From Lama guanicoe (lineage: Eukaryota), in NCBI GenBank assembly GCA_013239625.1, contig MU054187.1:6955757-7019756 (forward strand): 64,000 nucleotides of DNA. Direction: 5' to 3'. The position numbers and the translations under genes were made by a program. The notes under the pieces were generated by a model. That model was given only the letters and a program-made list of their open reading frames with translations, had not been told where the DNA came from and made no database searches. Within the stretch, counting starts at the first letter, position 1, and each line of letters opens with the position of its first letter. Of this stretch, positions 62,940 through 64,000 are shown one piece after another.

Positions 62940-63560
62940 TAATATGTCTTGTTATCAGAGATTCAAAGATTATAAAGTAATACATGCTTATTATAAATGT
63001 AGAAAATATTTTTAAATAGTTAAAATATAAAAATCACCTCTCTGGTGATTTTGATCTGTATCATTTAAGAAACTTATCCTGTGATATACATCTGAGTCAG
63101 TATAAGTTTTTTAAACTTCGTATCATACAGCAAAAACTATTTTTAGGCCTTCTTTACACAAAAACGTGATGGTAATATTTTCCCTAGTCATTAAACATTC
63201 TACACAATATGCTTTTATATGAATATGCTATAATTTTTTAACATATGTAATTGTCCTCTATTTTATTCCCAGTATTTTAATATCATAAAGAAACGCTGGC
63301 ATAAATATTCTTAGATGTAAATCTTTTTGCTTGCCTTTGTTTTATTTTTTTTTCCCCTTCAAGACAACTCCCTAAAGGGAAGTTGTTGAGTCAGAGCACA
63401 TGGACATTTTAAAACTCTGATGTAACAGATCATCCTTCAGATGAAATTGTCCTTCAGATATTTTGGATCTCACAGGTCCACCAGAGGGTACGTGGAAGAG
63501 CCAGTATCTCCTCATCTTCACTAATAAATGGAGATTTTGAAGTGCAAAAATCAAAGTCCT
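62940..63560 (-). mobile_element. Old L1ME-like 3' region
   Basis: ataaagtaatacatgcttattataaa...ataaatattcttagatgtaaatctttt...gaagttgttgagtcagagcacatggacattttaa. Confidence 0.75.
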
Positions 63561-64000
63561 TTAAAAGTCTTCTTTCTCTCATAATTTACCCCAGATCTTA
63601 CTAGCTGCATTCTAGTGAAGGCAGTCTGGTAGTTTTTCTTGCTTTTGGGTACAGCTGAATTCAGGGCTGTGAATCTTACATAAGGGTACTTTCTGAGAAG
63701 AGTCTAAACTATACAGACATCTTTTATTTGTTTAAATAGTATTTAATGGGGAGATTTTGAGTGGTGCGGAATACAGCCATTACATTCCTCCTTGTCAGAT
63801 TAAGTGGTTATAAAACAGCTGTGAGCACCAGCTTAATGAATGTAGAAATTTTACTTAAGCACCAATAGATTCCAGTCTTCATCTTTTTTTTGTGAGTAGT
63901 TGTTAAATACACAATAAAGCGATGATATTAACACATAGAAATTGGAGACAGTCTCCTTTTTTTCAGAAATTTTAGTTTGGTCGCTTAATTAGGAGTTCCC

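Noticed and set aside
63478..63491. CTCF-like motif CCACCAGAGGGTAC
   Set aside because: It lacks the near-invariant C of the GGC core and lies within decayed L1ME sequence derived from cccaccagcagtgta.
1..64000. Short ORFs in the six-frame track as protein-coding genes
   Set aside because: None resembles a protein I recognise apart from L1 ORF1/ORF2 remnants. Many start at non-ATG codons, overlap repeats or translate microsatellites, and no chain of in-frame coding exons could be built.

Overview
Mammalian non-coding genomic DNA, most likely from a camelid (camel, alpaca, llama or vicuna). The species call is inferred from five copies of a tRNA-Ala-derived SINE matching my recollection of the camelid vic-1 family, three of them with its (A)CCTAATTACC-type tail. 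I found no recognisable protein-coding gene, functional RNA gene or CRISPR array. The listed ORFs are chance ORFs or decayed L1 ORF1/ORF2 pieces, so the window looks intergenic or deep-intronic. It is dominated by interspersed repeats of all ages: a ~4.5 kb decayed MER34/MER4-group ERV1 remnant, a MER92-like solo LTR, MLT1 LTRs, young and old L1, L2, L3/CR1, MIR, hAT-Charlie MITEs and microsatellites. Between them lie a few CpG-enriched, motif-rich, enhancer-like patches. The most unusual structures are a ~98 bp direct-repeat pair bracketing ~715 bp with a PBS-like motif, a doubly internally deleted L1 keeping both ends, a poly(A)-only insertion with a 14 bp target-site duplication (TSD), a tailless SINE, and an inverted pair of compound microsatellites. 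I see no convincing evidence for a new biological system. Repeat family names come from recalled consensus sequences, not a database search, and boundaries of old repeats are approximate.
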